The notes under the pieces are model-generated. The model was not told where the DNA came from. It was given only the letters and a program-made list of their open reading frames with translations, and ran no database searches. Both the position numbers and the translations under genes were made by a program. From a virus: a stretch of DNA of 64,000 nucleotides. Location of the stretch: positions 5,389-69,388 of IMG/VR virus record IMGVR_UViG_3300035088_000014; one strand, given 5' to 3'. Below, one piece after another: positions 10,187-19,600 of this stretch (position 1 is its first letter; the number at the start of each line of letters is the position of its first letter).

Positions 10187-10552
10187 ATGCCCAAGACCAC
10201 GCTTTACACCATGAACGCCGCTGCCGGTGCTTTCACCGCGATCCCGGCCACGATTCCTTGCCGGTACGTCGAGATCCGCGAGGATGAATCAGTCACGCCG
10301 CAAGGCTTGATTTACCAGCGGCCCAATCTCAACGGCACCTTCTCTGTCACCGAGCAAGTCGGTACGCCGTCGAGCCCAGACGCACCGCAGATCATCCTCG
10401 GCAACAAGATTGCCGCGCAGAATGGCCAGAGCGCATTGCTCGGTCTGCCGGCGCAGAACTCCGGTGGATCGGCAATCGCCGCGACCGTAATCCTGCAAAT
10501 TAAGTCAGTGGGCGCTGGCGGCAACAAGATCCGCGTAACCGAGCATGAGTAG
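10187..10552 (+). CDS. Putative small virion protein
   Basis: Beta-rich; shares CxxVx(I/V)(R/K)EDESV with next ORF. Confidence 0.65.
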   Translation: MPKTTLYTMNAAAGAFTAIPATIPCRYVEIREDESVTPQGLIYQRPNLNGTFSVTEQVGTPSSPDAPQIILGNKIAAQNGQSALLGLPAQNSGGSAIAATVILQIKSVGAGGNKIRVTEHE

Positions 10553-10554
10553 AA

Positions 10555-10833
10555 GTGGCAAAAACCAAGGCCACGACCCTAACCACCACACCGCAAAACA
10601 TTATTGTCCAAAGCTCCTGTAACACCGTTCTGGTCAAAGAAGACGAATCGGTTGTCGGCTGGCCGACGGCAAATCTTGTCATCGTGAAAGGCGGCGGCGA
10701 CCCGGACACGCTTACCTCAGGCAAGAGCTACCAATTTGTCTCTCCGCAACACTGCCAGTTCTCAACAGGAACCATTTTAGGAACGATTGCGACCGCTACC
10801 GGTTCCACTTCCGGCATTCAAGACGAGCAATGA
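10555..10833 (+). CDS. Putative small virion protein, paralog of 10187-10552
   Basis: Shared EDESV motif; ATGA-coupled to next gene. Confidence 0.65.
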   Translation: MAKTKATTLTTTPQNIIVQSSCNTVLVKEDESVVGWPTANLVIVKGGGDPDTLTSGKSYQFVSPQHCQFSTGTILGTIATATGSTSGIQDEQ

Positions 10834-13800
10834 AAATCAATATCCCCGTCGATCACCACATACACCGGAAGTTTAAAGAAGCAGGGTTAGAGCACGATAC
10901 CCGCGTCTCGCATGTCTCGGTAGATGCCGACTCCTACGCTCATTTCCTGAAACGGATTGCTACCGATTACACGCACATCTCCAGCGAAGAACAGCACGCG
11001 CTTGCCGTGAGTACCTGTCTGACGCATCCGGACCACCGGGACAAACAGAAGCCGGTCCGGATTCCGATACAGAAAGTAAAGACGTGGCCGTGGTATCACT
11101 GGCTAATCATCGTCATTGCGCTGCTGATGGCGCTTTGCTTCACGACTCTGGCGCGTTGCCAGGGAACAAGCCAGATCGACGTCATCACCTTCAAGAACGC
11201 GGCGAACACTACGGTCAAGAGCTACGCGGCACCTTTCACCATCAAAGAGGGAACCGGCGTTACATTCTCGGCGGCAGGCTCGGTGATGACCGTCAACGCT
11301 GCTGGTGGTGCCGGTGGATACACGACGATCCAAAGCGCAACCGTGGCGATCACTCAGCGGGCCATCGCCAACTTCTTCGGCGCAATCTTCTGCGTCGATA
11401 ACGCTGGAGCAACGCGAAGTGATTGCACTTTGGCGGCAAATGCAGCGGTGGGTAACCAGTACCTGACTGGCGTAGATGCCAGCGGCAATTTCCTGCGCAA
11501 GCAGATTGCTTACGGTGAATTGAGCGGCGTGCCTGCAACGTTTGCGCCGACGGCCCACGCTATTCTATCGGCATCACATTCAGATACCACGGCTGGCGCG
11601 GTAGCGCGCGGCGACGTAATCACCGGACAGGGGGCCAGCCCCACATGGAAACGCTTGCCCAAGGGCTCAGCCACCAATGTTCTCAAGATGGACACCTCTG
11701 CGGTAGACGTGCTCTGGGGAGCGGTGGACTTCTCCGAGTTGACCAACATTCCCCAGTTTGCCCAGTCCGGCAACTGTACCGGCACCGACAAATTCTCTGC
11801 CTTCAACGCATCGAATGGTCTTTTTACCTGTACTGCCGATGTTGGCGCGGCCACCCCCACCGGTACCGGATTTGTTCACGTTACTGCCGGCGCGCAGGAC
11901 GGCGCAGCAGCAACCGTGGATTTCAATAACTCAGCCGAAGTGAGCGCCAATCAGGGAACCAGCACCACGGTTTTACATGGCAATGCCGCGGGACAACCTG
12001 CTTTCGGATCCGTGGTGCAGGGTGACGTGACAAATGGCTATGTCGATCAGGTCACGGCGCAGGGAGCCATTGGCGGCAACAAGATATTCACCGGAAACGT
12101 GACTGCAACATCCCTAATTGCGAATAACACCGGCAACGGAACCAATGCTTCAATCCAGGCCATCTCCGGAGCGCCCAATTATTCGATAGAGCAAACCGGG
12201 GCCCCTCTCGACGCTAAGTGGTGGGACATGGTGGCCAATACCACTCCGAATCTGCAATTCCGGCTTATCAACGACGCTATCAACAATGCGACAAACTGGC
12301 TCCAGGTAAATCGCACCGGCATGACGGTAGACAGTCTGGCGGTGCCAGAGCCATTGAACGTAAACGGCAAGACCACGGTCACAGGCGCGATCTCGGCCAG
12401 CACCACGGTTTCGGCAACAGACTTTCTCGCGGCTGGGCCCAATTCCTGCATCGATCCAACACATGCCACTTATGGAGCCAAGGGTGACGATGCAACCGAC
12501 GATACAGCGGCAATGAGAGCTGCCATTGCAGCCGTCCCGCATGGCGGATGCCTGAATCTTGGGCCGCGTACTTATCTCATTACATGCGGAACTCCTGTCT
12601 CGAATGCCTGTCTGACGCTGGCTTACCCCATTGAGTTCAGGGGTAGCGGAATGAATACGGAGTTATTCGGCTCTGTTCTGCATTTCCCGAATACGGTAGC
12701 GGCCACCACGGATGCTATCCGGTTGCTCTCTGATGCCAATGGTGATGACGGGTACTATCTGCACGACTTCAACATCCAATGTCCTTCAGGAGTGTGCGGG
12801 AAGAGCGGAATATTGATTGATACAACTTCTTTCCCGATCTCACGCCTCACCATAAGCCGCGTAGCCATCGATGGCTCATGGGGTTCTTTCGGAATCCGCT
12901 CGGCCAATCCAACGCCGCTGGTGAATGGATTCTTTACCTCAACCATAGGCCCGGAAAATCTCATCAACAACGGCATCCAGCTTAACAACGCTGGCGACTC
13001 GATCAAGATATTCGGCAACACCATAGCCTTCGGCGGCACGGTCACAACCACGGCTGGCATAGACGCAAATTTTGATGTTGGCGCAGCCAATTTTCTCGTA
13101 TGGGGCAATAACATCACGCAGACCAAGGGCGGCTGCATTCATCTGGGAGCGGGAGCCCTATATCCGAACATATTCGGAAACTTCTGCGAAGGTGGCGTCA
13201 GTGGTACGGACGTGGGGTCAAACGGAGCGGCCATCGACATCGACTGCACGACTGGGAGCCATTGCAAGGGCGTCAACATCGTAGGCAATATCATTCAGTC
13301 AGTCACCACCAATATCAACAACGTCCGGGTCAACTTCGCGGAAAATACCAACATTCATGACAACACAATCACCCGTCCCGGCGGTACAGCGGTGGACATC
13401 ATTACCACGGCAAACGCCCTAAGCACAAACGTATCCCTTAACCGCTGGGAACCGACGACCGACGTGCTGGCAAACATTCTCACCGATGCCGGTACGGGCA
13501 CGATGCTATGCCTGTTCTCTCCGCAGGTTCCGGGAATGGAGTGCAATCGCCCGGTCAACAAGACAGGCCAGGCCGACATCGTAGCGGACTCCGGGGCGAT
13601 CAACACCACAGAGACCATCATCGTAAAGACTCCGGCGTTGGCAGCTAACCGGTTGATTGTCGGAACGGTGATCCGCATCCCATTTGTCGCAACAAACACT
13701 TCTACTGTAGCCAACGTCAGTACGTTTACTCTACGCATGGGAACGCTTGGAACTACATCTGACCCGGCAATATTCACCTCAGCCATGGCCGCGTCGGCTA

Positions 13801-14087
13801 CAAGTGGAACAAACGTCGCGTTTGAGGGAGAAGTAATTTGCACGGTCAGAACAATAGGAGCGAGCGGAACGGGTTTTTGCAAAGTAAAACTTGTCAATCC
13901 AAACGCTACCTCGGTAGCGACTGCCAGCACAGGAATTTCGGTAATTCCACTGCAGTTGGTATTGCCATCAATGAGCACCTTCAACACCACAACGGCTGGA
14001 AATATTCTTTCGCTCTCCTATAAATCCGCCGCAACCACAACAACCTCAATCTTCAAAGAGGCCGTAATCGAGATCGTCTACCAGTAA
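10830..14087 (+). CDS. Tailspike/depolymerase-like protein with right-handed beta-helix
   Basis: YGAKGDDATDDTAAMRAAI (pectate_lyase_3-type start), repeated GN-x-I rungs; hydrophobic segment at aa ~87-110. Confidence 0.8.
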   Translation: MKINIPVDHHIHRKFKEAGLEHDTRVSHVSVDADSYAHFLKRIATDYTHISSEEQHALAVSTCLTHPDHRDKQKPVRIPIQKVKTWPWYHWLIIVIALLMALCFTTLARCQGTSQIDVITFKNAANTTVKSYAAPFTIKEGTGVTFSAAGSVMTVNAAGGAGGYTTIQSATVAITQRAIANFFGAIFCVDNAGATRSDCTLAANAAVGNQYLTGVDASGNFLRKQIAYGELSGVPATFAPTAHAILSASHSDTTAGAVARGDVITGQGASPTWKRLPKGSATNVLKMDTSAVDVLWGAVDFSELTNIPQFAQSGNCTGTDKFSAFNASNGLFTCTADVGAATPTGTGFVHVTAGAQDGAAATVDFNNSAEVSANQGTSTTVLHGNAAGQPAFGSVVQGDVTNGYVDQVTAQGAIGGNKIFTGNVTATSLIANNTGNGTNASIQAISGAPNYSIEQTGAPLDAKWWDMVANTTPNLQFRLINDAINNATNWLQVNRTGMTVDSLAVPEPLNVNGKTTVTGAISASTTVSATDFLAAGPNSCIDPTHATYGAKGDDATDDTAAMRAAIAAVPHGGCLNLGPRTYLITCGTPVSNACLTLAYPIEFRGSGMNTELFGSVLHFPNTVAATTDAIRLLSDANGDDGYYLHDFNIQCPSGVCGKSGILIDTTSFPISRLTISRVAIDGSWGSFGIRSANPTPLVNGFFTSTIGPENLINNGIQLNNAGDSIKIFGNTIAFGGTVTTTAGIDANFDVGAANFLVWGNNITQTKGGCIHLGAGALYPNIFGNFCEGGVSGTDVGSNGAAIDIDCTTGSHCKGVNIVGNIIQSVTTNINNVRVNFAENTNIHDNTITRPGGTAVDIITTANALSTNVSLNRWEPTTDVLANILTDAGTGTMLCLFSPQVPGMECNRPVNKTGQADIVADSGAINTTETIIVKTPALAANRLIVGTVIRIPFVATNTSTVANVSTFTLRMGTLGTTSDPAIFTSAMAASATSGTNVAFEGEVICTVRTIGASGTGFCKVKLVNPNATSVATASTGISVIPLQLVLPSMSTFNTTTAGNILSLSYKSAATTTTSIFKEAVIEIVYQ

Positions 14088-14105
14088 GAAAAAGGGAAAA
14101 AGACT

Positions 14106-14375
14106 ATGGCTAAATCAGTGGTTGCAAGGCTTTCGGCTCTGGCCGGTATCAATTCATCTGGCACGCAGTTTACCGGCGGGTGGGAGGCTTTCGATGTCAC
14201 CCTACAGACTTACATCGCGGGACTCTTTGCAGCGCCAATAGGATTGTTATCGACGCTTCTCTCGCTGAATCAGGACATTGCTACCGATGTTGCTAACGGA
14301 GTGAACGCGGCAACCGGGAACACCTACTACACGCACTCCGATGTGTTGTTGCTTGGCGGTCCTTCGCTCATCTAA
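14106..14375 (+). CDS. Hypothetical protein
   Basis: 89 aa directly after the spike gene. Confidence 0.6.
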   Translation: MAKSVVARLSALAGINSSGTQFTGGWEAFDVTLQTYIAGLFAAPIGLLSTLLSLNQDIATDVANGVNAATGNTYYTHSDVLLLGGPSLI

Positions 14376-14377
14376 AA

Positions 14378-14734
14378 ATGCCCTTCCCCTTCGTTACGCG
14401 CAGCCATCACGACGACATGATCTCGGAACTGCGCAGCCAGCTTGCGGCCAAAGAGCGAGAGCGCCAGAAGTACATCGACATCCTCGCGCAGATGGGCTGG
14501 GGCGTGAAGGTATTCGGCGCTGACGACCAGCCGGAAATCGAAGAGACACCGGCAGCAACAACCTCAAGCAATACGCCTACGGTACCTCTGGCGCGCATGC
14601 GGCCCACTCAGGCAGCGCGCGTCATCAGCGGCAGATTGCAGCGCGAGTACGAAGATAAAATAAAAGACAACCGCAAGAATGCAGCGCTTCAACAGGTTGC
14701 CGCCGTCATCGGCGAACAGCTAGCTCAGCAATAA
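14378..14734 (+). CDS. Coiled-coil protein upstream of portal
   Basis: 118 aa, helical. Confidence 0.65.
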   Translation: MPFPFVTRSHHDDMISELRSQLAAKERERQKYIDILAQMGWGVKVFGADDQPEIEETPAATTSSNTPTVPLARMRPTQAARVISGRLQREYEDKIKDNRKNAALQQVAAVIGEQLAQQ

Positions 14735-14752
14735 GAAAAACCCCCACAATCC

Positions 14753-17131
14753 ATGGCCACACAAGCAGTCGGTATTACCGTCCAGAAACTACCTGTCCAG
14801 CAAGACCACGGCCAGGAAGCGACCGGCGACGACCCGAAAAAAGACAACGCGCAGACCGGCGAGACCCAACTTAGCCCCGACGAGCAAAAAGAACTTATCG
14901 AACTGGTGCGCAAGTACAAGCAACAGTGGTATCTCGCCCGGCGCATGATCCTGAAAAGAGTCCTCAAGGCCCACGAGTTCTTCAAGGGCAACCAGTTCAT
15001 CAGCTTCGACCCGCAATCTTTTCAGTGGTTCGATGCTCTGGAATCGGCTTTCTCCGGTGACAATTCCGGCGCCGACCTTGAGATGTACCAGTTCGCGACC
15101 AACTTCTACCAGATGCTTGGCTTCGCTTTCGTTGCCGCGCTTTCATCCCAGGTCCCGAAGACGCGCGCACTGCCGGAGAACGCGGAAAAAGAAGAGGACA
15201 TCGCCACCGCCAAAGCCTTCTCGACGGTGCAGGAAATCATTGAGCGCAAGAACCAGATTGCCAGCCTGCACAAACAGGCATTGCTTGAACTGTGGATGTC
15301 AGGCTGCTACTTCCGGCATACGCGGTATGTAGTCGATGCCGACGCGGCCGGAACGCACAAAGAGCCGGCGCTTCAAATCTCGCAACAGGTCATGATGCCC
15401 GCGCGGTACTCGTGCTCGGCTTGCGCGGCCACGACGCCGGCACAGGGCCAGCAACAGAATTGCGCCAACTGCGGCCAGCCATTGAGCGATCAGGACTACT
15501 TCCCTGAAGAGCAGATGGAAATCCCGATAGCGCAAGAGTTCAAAGAAGTGGCCAACGGCATGGTCACGATGGACATTTACGGGCCGATGCACGTTGACGT
15601 TCACCCGCGCGCAGGCGATCTGACCGAGACGCCGATACTGAATCTCGACCAGGAAGTATCGGTCGGTGTTCTGCGCTCGATGTTCCCGGGCAAGTGGGAC
15701 GAGATCAGGAAAGAAACCGGCGGCTTGTCTCAGGACTCGACACAGGAAAAACAGAGCCGGTCAATCATCTTCTCCGAAGGCACGAGCGCCGCGGCACTGA
15801 CACAGGAGCAGTTGCCGACGTATTCAAGAACCTGGATTCAGCCATGGGCCTTCAATGACATTGACGACCAGGAAAAGGTCAAAAAGTACAAAAAGCTGTT
15901 CCCCGATGGCGTTTTGCTCTGCAATATCGGCGACACCTTCCTCGACGCGCAACCGGCGAAGCTGACCAAAGAGTGGACGCATTGCGGTACGGTCAAGAAG
16001 AAGTTCGGTATGTTCCCGCCAGCCGTGGGTGATGCGGCTATTCCGGTACAGGAACGCATTAACGACACCGGCAACATCACGCACGAGTACATGGACCGTC
16101 TCGCCGGCGGAATCATCTTGGTCAATCAGGACGGTATCGACACAAATTCCATGTCTGGCAAGCCGCTACTGCCCGGCACGATGAATCCGGTCAAACTGCC
16201 GAAGGCGCTGCAGAACTCCAAGCTGGCTGACCAGATCGTACAGATCAAGTGCGAACTGGACAACAACATCTATAACTACACCGACAAACTGGTCTTCTGG
16301 ATGCAGTTGCTTGTCGGCACGCCGCCGCAAATCTTCGGTGGCGCGGGCGATCCTCACATCGAGACAGCGGCAGGCCAGCAGCAGCAGCTATCGACCGCTA
16401 TGGGCAAACTGGGCGGCTTCTGGGATGAATGCCGCGACGAGAATGCCAAAGCAGCAGAGCTCGCGGTCAACTGCGCAGCGGAGAACATGAACGATGACTG
16501 GTTCGACGTTGTAACCGATTCCTCGGGCCAGTTCCGCAACGAGTACGTTTTCTTGGACGATATGCGCGGCTCGATCCATGCGTATCCGGAAACCGATCAG
16601 GGTTTCCCGATGACGCACTCAGAGATTGCGGCATGGTGGAACAAGTTGATCGAATATGCATCCGGCGGCAAGAATCCTCTGGCGAACGCCATCCTGGATG
16701 AACCGGCCAATCAGGAGCAGATTGCTATCTGGACTGGCGTACCTGGGCTCGTAGTTCCCGGCAAGGAAATGCGCAACAAGGTGATGCAGATCATTGACCG
16801 GCTGATGAAGCAATCACCACAGCAGACGATGGCTCCGGTTCCGAACCCTGCCGATCCTACTGGCCAGTCACAGATCATGCAGCCGATCACTATGCCGTCG
16901 ATTCAGCCTGACCCGCTGGTTGACGATATGGAGATCATCATTCAGGTAGTCAAGGAATGGTCTTACAAGAACTGGATGACCGCTGACGAAGACCCGGAAC
17001 ATTGGGCAAACGTTATGGGCTACCTGAAGCTCGCGGTATCTTTCCAGCAGAAAGACCAGATGGCGCAAATGCAACTTGAAGCGCAAACTGGCGGCAAGCC
17101 CGGAGCAGCATCCAACGGTCAGGAGGAATAA
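14753..17131 (+). CDS. Portal protein
   Basis: 792 aa, helical, Q/M-rich C-tail, located before scaffold and capsid; internal CxxC..CxxC. Confidence 0.85.
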   Translation: MATQAVGITVQKLPVQQDHGQEATGDDPKKDNAQTGETQLSPDEQKELIELVRKYKQQWYLARRMILKRVLKAHEFFKGNQFISFDPQSFQWFDALESAFSGDNSGADLEMYQFATNFYQMLGFAFVAALSSQVPKTRALPENAEKEEDIATAKAFSTVQEIIERKNQIASLHKQALLELWMSGCYFRHTRYVVDADAAGTHKEPALQISQQVMMPARYSCSACAATTPAQGQQQNCANCGQPLSDQDYFPEEQMEIPIAQEFKEVANGMVTMDIYGPMHVDVHPRAGDLTETPILNLDQEVSVGVLRSMFPGKWDEIRKETGGLSQDSTQEKQSRSIIFSEGTSAAALTQEQLPTYSRTWIQPWAFNDIDDQEKVKKYKKLFPDGVLLCNIGDTFLDAQPAKLTKEWTHCGTVKKKFGMFPPAVGDAAIPVQERINDTGNITHEYMDRLAGGIILVNQDGIDTNSMSGKPLLPGTMNPVKLPKALQNSKLADQIVQIKCELDNNIYNYTDKLVFWMQLLVGTPPQIFGGAGDPHIETAAGQQQQLSTAMGKLGGFWDECRDENAKAAELAVNCAAENMNDDWFDVVTDSSGQFRNEYVFLDDMRGSIHAYPETDQGFPMTHSEIAAWWNKLIEYASGGKNPLANAILDEPANQEQIAIWTGVPGLVVPGKEMRNKVMQIIDRLMKQSPQQTMAPVPNPADPTGQSQIMQPITMPSIQPDPLVDDMEIIIQVVKEWSYKNWMTADEDPEHWANVMGYLKLAVSFQQKDQMAQMQLEAQTGGKPGAASNGQEE

Positions 17132-17136
17132 CTTTC

Positions 17137-17442
17137 ATGAGATTGCTTGGCGATCCCATTACCTACACCGGAGTCAACGGCAATAAACTTACCGCGCTGG
17201 TCATCGGTGTGCGCACCGAACCGGCCACACACATTGGAGCGAACGGCGAACCGCTGCTATCGCTGGCCTACTTCACCCCTGGTCCAACCTTCGGTACAGC
17301 CGACTCGGTTATTGTTCACGATGTACCGCATTCATCGGTGAAGGATATTGTCGGTGTGGGCCGCTGGGACGATTACCAGTTGGAACCTGAAAAGGCCGCA
17401 GCCGCCGAAGTCCATCCAGAAGGCTGGAAGCAAAGCACCTAA
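17137..17442 (+). CDS. Hypothetical phage protein
   Basis: 101-aa ORF after portal. Confidence 0.65.
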   Translation: MRLLGDPITYTGVNGNKLTALVIGVRTEPATHIGANGEPLLSLAYFTPGPTFGTADSVIVHDVPHSSVKDIVGVGRWDDYQLEPEKAAAAEVHPEGWKQST

Positions 17443-17445
17443 GCC

Positions 17446-17619
17446 ATGTCCGAAGAGCGTTACCGCGAACTACCGAACATGATGTACAACGGTGCTCGGG
17501 TAGGACACGTTGGCGCTTTGGACATCTTCTTTCTGAGAACCGCGAGAATTAAGTGGGATGATCTGGAAGAGGCGATTATCGTAAAGACAGGAAATGAAAA
17601 TGGCGTTGTTAACCAGTAG
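17446..17619 (+). CDS. 57-aa hypothetical (not in ORF track)
   Basis: Hand translation MSEERYRELPNMMYNG...; fills gap. Confidence 0.45.
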   Translation: MSEERYRELPNMMYNGARVGHVGALDIFFLRTARIKWDDLEEAIIVKTGNENGVVNQ

Positions 17620-17947
17620 CTACCGCGCGGGCGTAACTGTTGAATCAATCAAATCTATTCTGCCGGAGGGTGTTGAAGTATTCCATGCGCTCAACACGGG
17701 ACAAATGGTGTTCCCCCGGCTTGACGAGGACGGTAACTCGGCACTCGTTGCCGTGTTCTACATAAAACCAGTCGGTGGAACACGCCCGAAGCGGCTGACT
17801 GATCACTTAGGTTTTCCCTCGCCTGACGAGGGCGTTGTGACCGATCCAGACGGATGGAAGTTTCGCACCGTTAAACTTGAAGCTAACGACGCTCGCGGTC
17901 AAATGAAAGAACTCGCCGCAGCCATCGAGGAATTAGTCGCCCCATAA
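17594..17947 (+). CDS. Hypothetical protein
   Basis: 117-aa ORF. Confidence 0.55.
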   Translation: MKMALLTSSYRAGVTVESIKSILPEGVEVFHALNTGQMVFPRLDEDGNSALVAVFYIKPVGGTRPKRLTDHLGFPSPDEGVVTDPDGWKFRTVKLEANDARGQMKELAAAIEELVAP

Positions 17948-17973
17948 CGCCCCGAATTTAGCAGTACCAGAAC

Positions 17974-18000
17974 ACCCGCCTTACTGGCGGGTTTTTTATT
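17974..18000 (+). terminator. Intrinsic terminator
   Basis: ACCCGCC-TTACT-GGCGGGT then TTTTTATT. Confidence 0.8.
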
Positions 18001-18036
18001 GCCCAAAACAAATCAGGAGTTCAAAGAGAGAAGTCT

Positions 18037-19536
18037 ATGCCCGAAACCATCACCGCCCCAGCAGCACCCGCAGCAACTACTTCAGCCCCGGCAACCACGA
18101 CAGCGCCCGCAAGCACTGCGGCACCGACTACAAGCGCAGCGCCTTCAACCGGTGCAGCGGTAGAAACAACCGCGCCCGCGACTACGACCGAAACGCCAGC
18201 AACTGAAACTAGTCCCTTTGCCGGGAAGTCGATTGAAGAAACGATTTTGCAGACGCTCACCGAGAAGCGTGAAGCGCGCGAGAAAGCCGCAGCCGGTGAA
18301 GCTACCGCGCCGGAAAAGACCGACGACGAGAAGCTGGCTGCCGAACTGGGTACAGACACTCCAGAAGAAGTTAAAGCCGGGGAAGTTAAGACCGGCGAAG
18401 AACCGAACAAAGAAGCCGAGACCACCAGCGAATTTGACCTGGACGAACCGGACTTCTCGACCAAATGGCTGGATGATCTGGCCAAAGAAAACAAGATCAC
18501 CTTTGCCGACGAACGCGCCAAGGGCCAACTCTTTAAGGTTGTGCGCGAACACAGCGAATTCCGGCCCATTGCCGAAATCTTCGGTGGCGATCTTGAGGAA
18601 GCACAGGCCGCACAGACCGGCTCGGTCACCTTCCAGCATTTTGACGGACTCTATGAACAGGCCCACACACCAGAGGGCACTCGTGGATTCCTCGAAGCTC
18701 TTGCCGCAAAGCAGCAGCAGGAGCCAATCATCGGGCAGGACGGCCAGCCCGTTGACGTAGTAAGCGCGCTGTTCAACAACATGCGCGATATGGACTTTGC
18801 AGTATTCGAAAAGCAGTTCAAAGAAAAGGGAGACGACGAAGCCCTTGCCGCGTTGGACATTCTCAGGGAGCGTATATCGCCGAATCGCGCCCCGGCGTCA
18901 GAGAACATTCCACCGGAATTGGCTAAGCGTGAAGCTGCTGTCAAAGAGCGTGAAGATGCGCTGGTCCGCACCCAGCAACAGCAGAGCGAGAGCGCCCGTA
19001 CCCAATACGAGCAGACCGTTGCCACCGATCTTGATACCGAGATTGGCAAAGTCATTGATCCGATCCTCGGGAAAACAGCCTTCTCGCCGGTGATCCAGGC
19101 CGACGTGAAGAATAAGATTTTCGACCGCGTAATGGAAGCTCTGGACAAGAGCCCACTTTACAAGTCGAAGTCTGAAGTGCTGTTGAACAAACCCCCGACC
19201 GCTGAAAATAAGGCCGCACTGATGGCCTTCAAGATGAAGTGGTTCAACCAGGTTGCGCCACGAGTCATGAAGGAAACCATCAGAGAGTACCGCGACCCGG
19301 TAGTTAAGGCACAAGCGGAACGCGATCAAAAGCAGGCAGCACAAGTGATACGCAGCCGGGTAGAACCGAAAGGCCCGAGCGTTTCCACTGCTCCAGTAGC
19401 GCAACTCAGCAAAGAGCAGCAAGTCACCAAGACCATCAGCGATCTCGCGACCAAACTCGGCCGCCAGCCCAGCCACCTTGAAGTGATTGAGGCAACGTTG
19501 GCAGCCAAGGCACAGTCACGAGCGGCGAGGTCTTAA
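18037..19536 (+). CDS. Capsid scaffolding protein
   Basis: A/T/P-rich N-terminus, acidic coiled coil, directly before capsid gene. Confidence 0.7.
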   Translation: MPETITAPAAPAATTSAPATTTAPASTAAPTTSAAPSTGAAVETTAPATTTETPATETSPFAGKSIEETILQTLTEKREAREKAAAGEATAPEKTDDEKLAAELGTDTPEEVKAGEVKTGEEPNKEAETTSEFDLDEPDFSTKWLDDLAKENKITFADERAKGQLFKVVREHSEFRPIAEIFGGDLEEAQAAQTGSVTFQHFDGLYEQAHTPEGTRGFLEALAAKQQQEPIIGQDGQPVDVVSALFNNMRDMDFAVFEKQFKEKGDDEALAALDILRERISPNRAPASENIPPELAKREAAVKEREDALVRTQQQQSESARTQYEQTVATDLDTEIGKVIDPILGKTAFSPVIQADVKNKIFDRVMEALDKSPLYKSKSEVLLNKPPTAENKAALMAFKMKWFNQVAPRVMKETIREYRDPVVKAQAERDQKQAAQVIRSRVEPKGPSVSTAPVAQLSKEQQVTKTISDLATKLGRQPSHLEVIEATLAAKAQSRAARS

Positions 19537-19600
19537 CTCCCAACCAATTCCGCTACCCGGCTTGAGTGCGCGATGCGCTCGCCACCAATGAGGCTTTACC

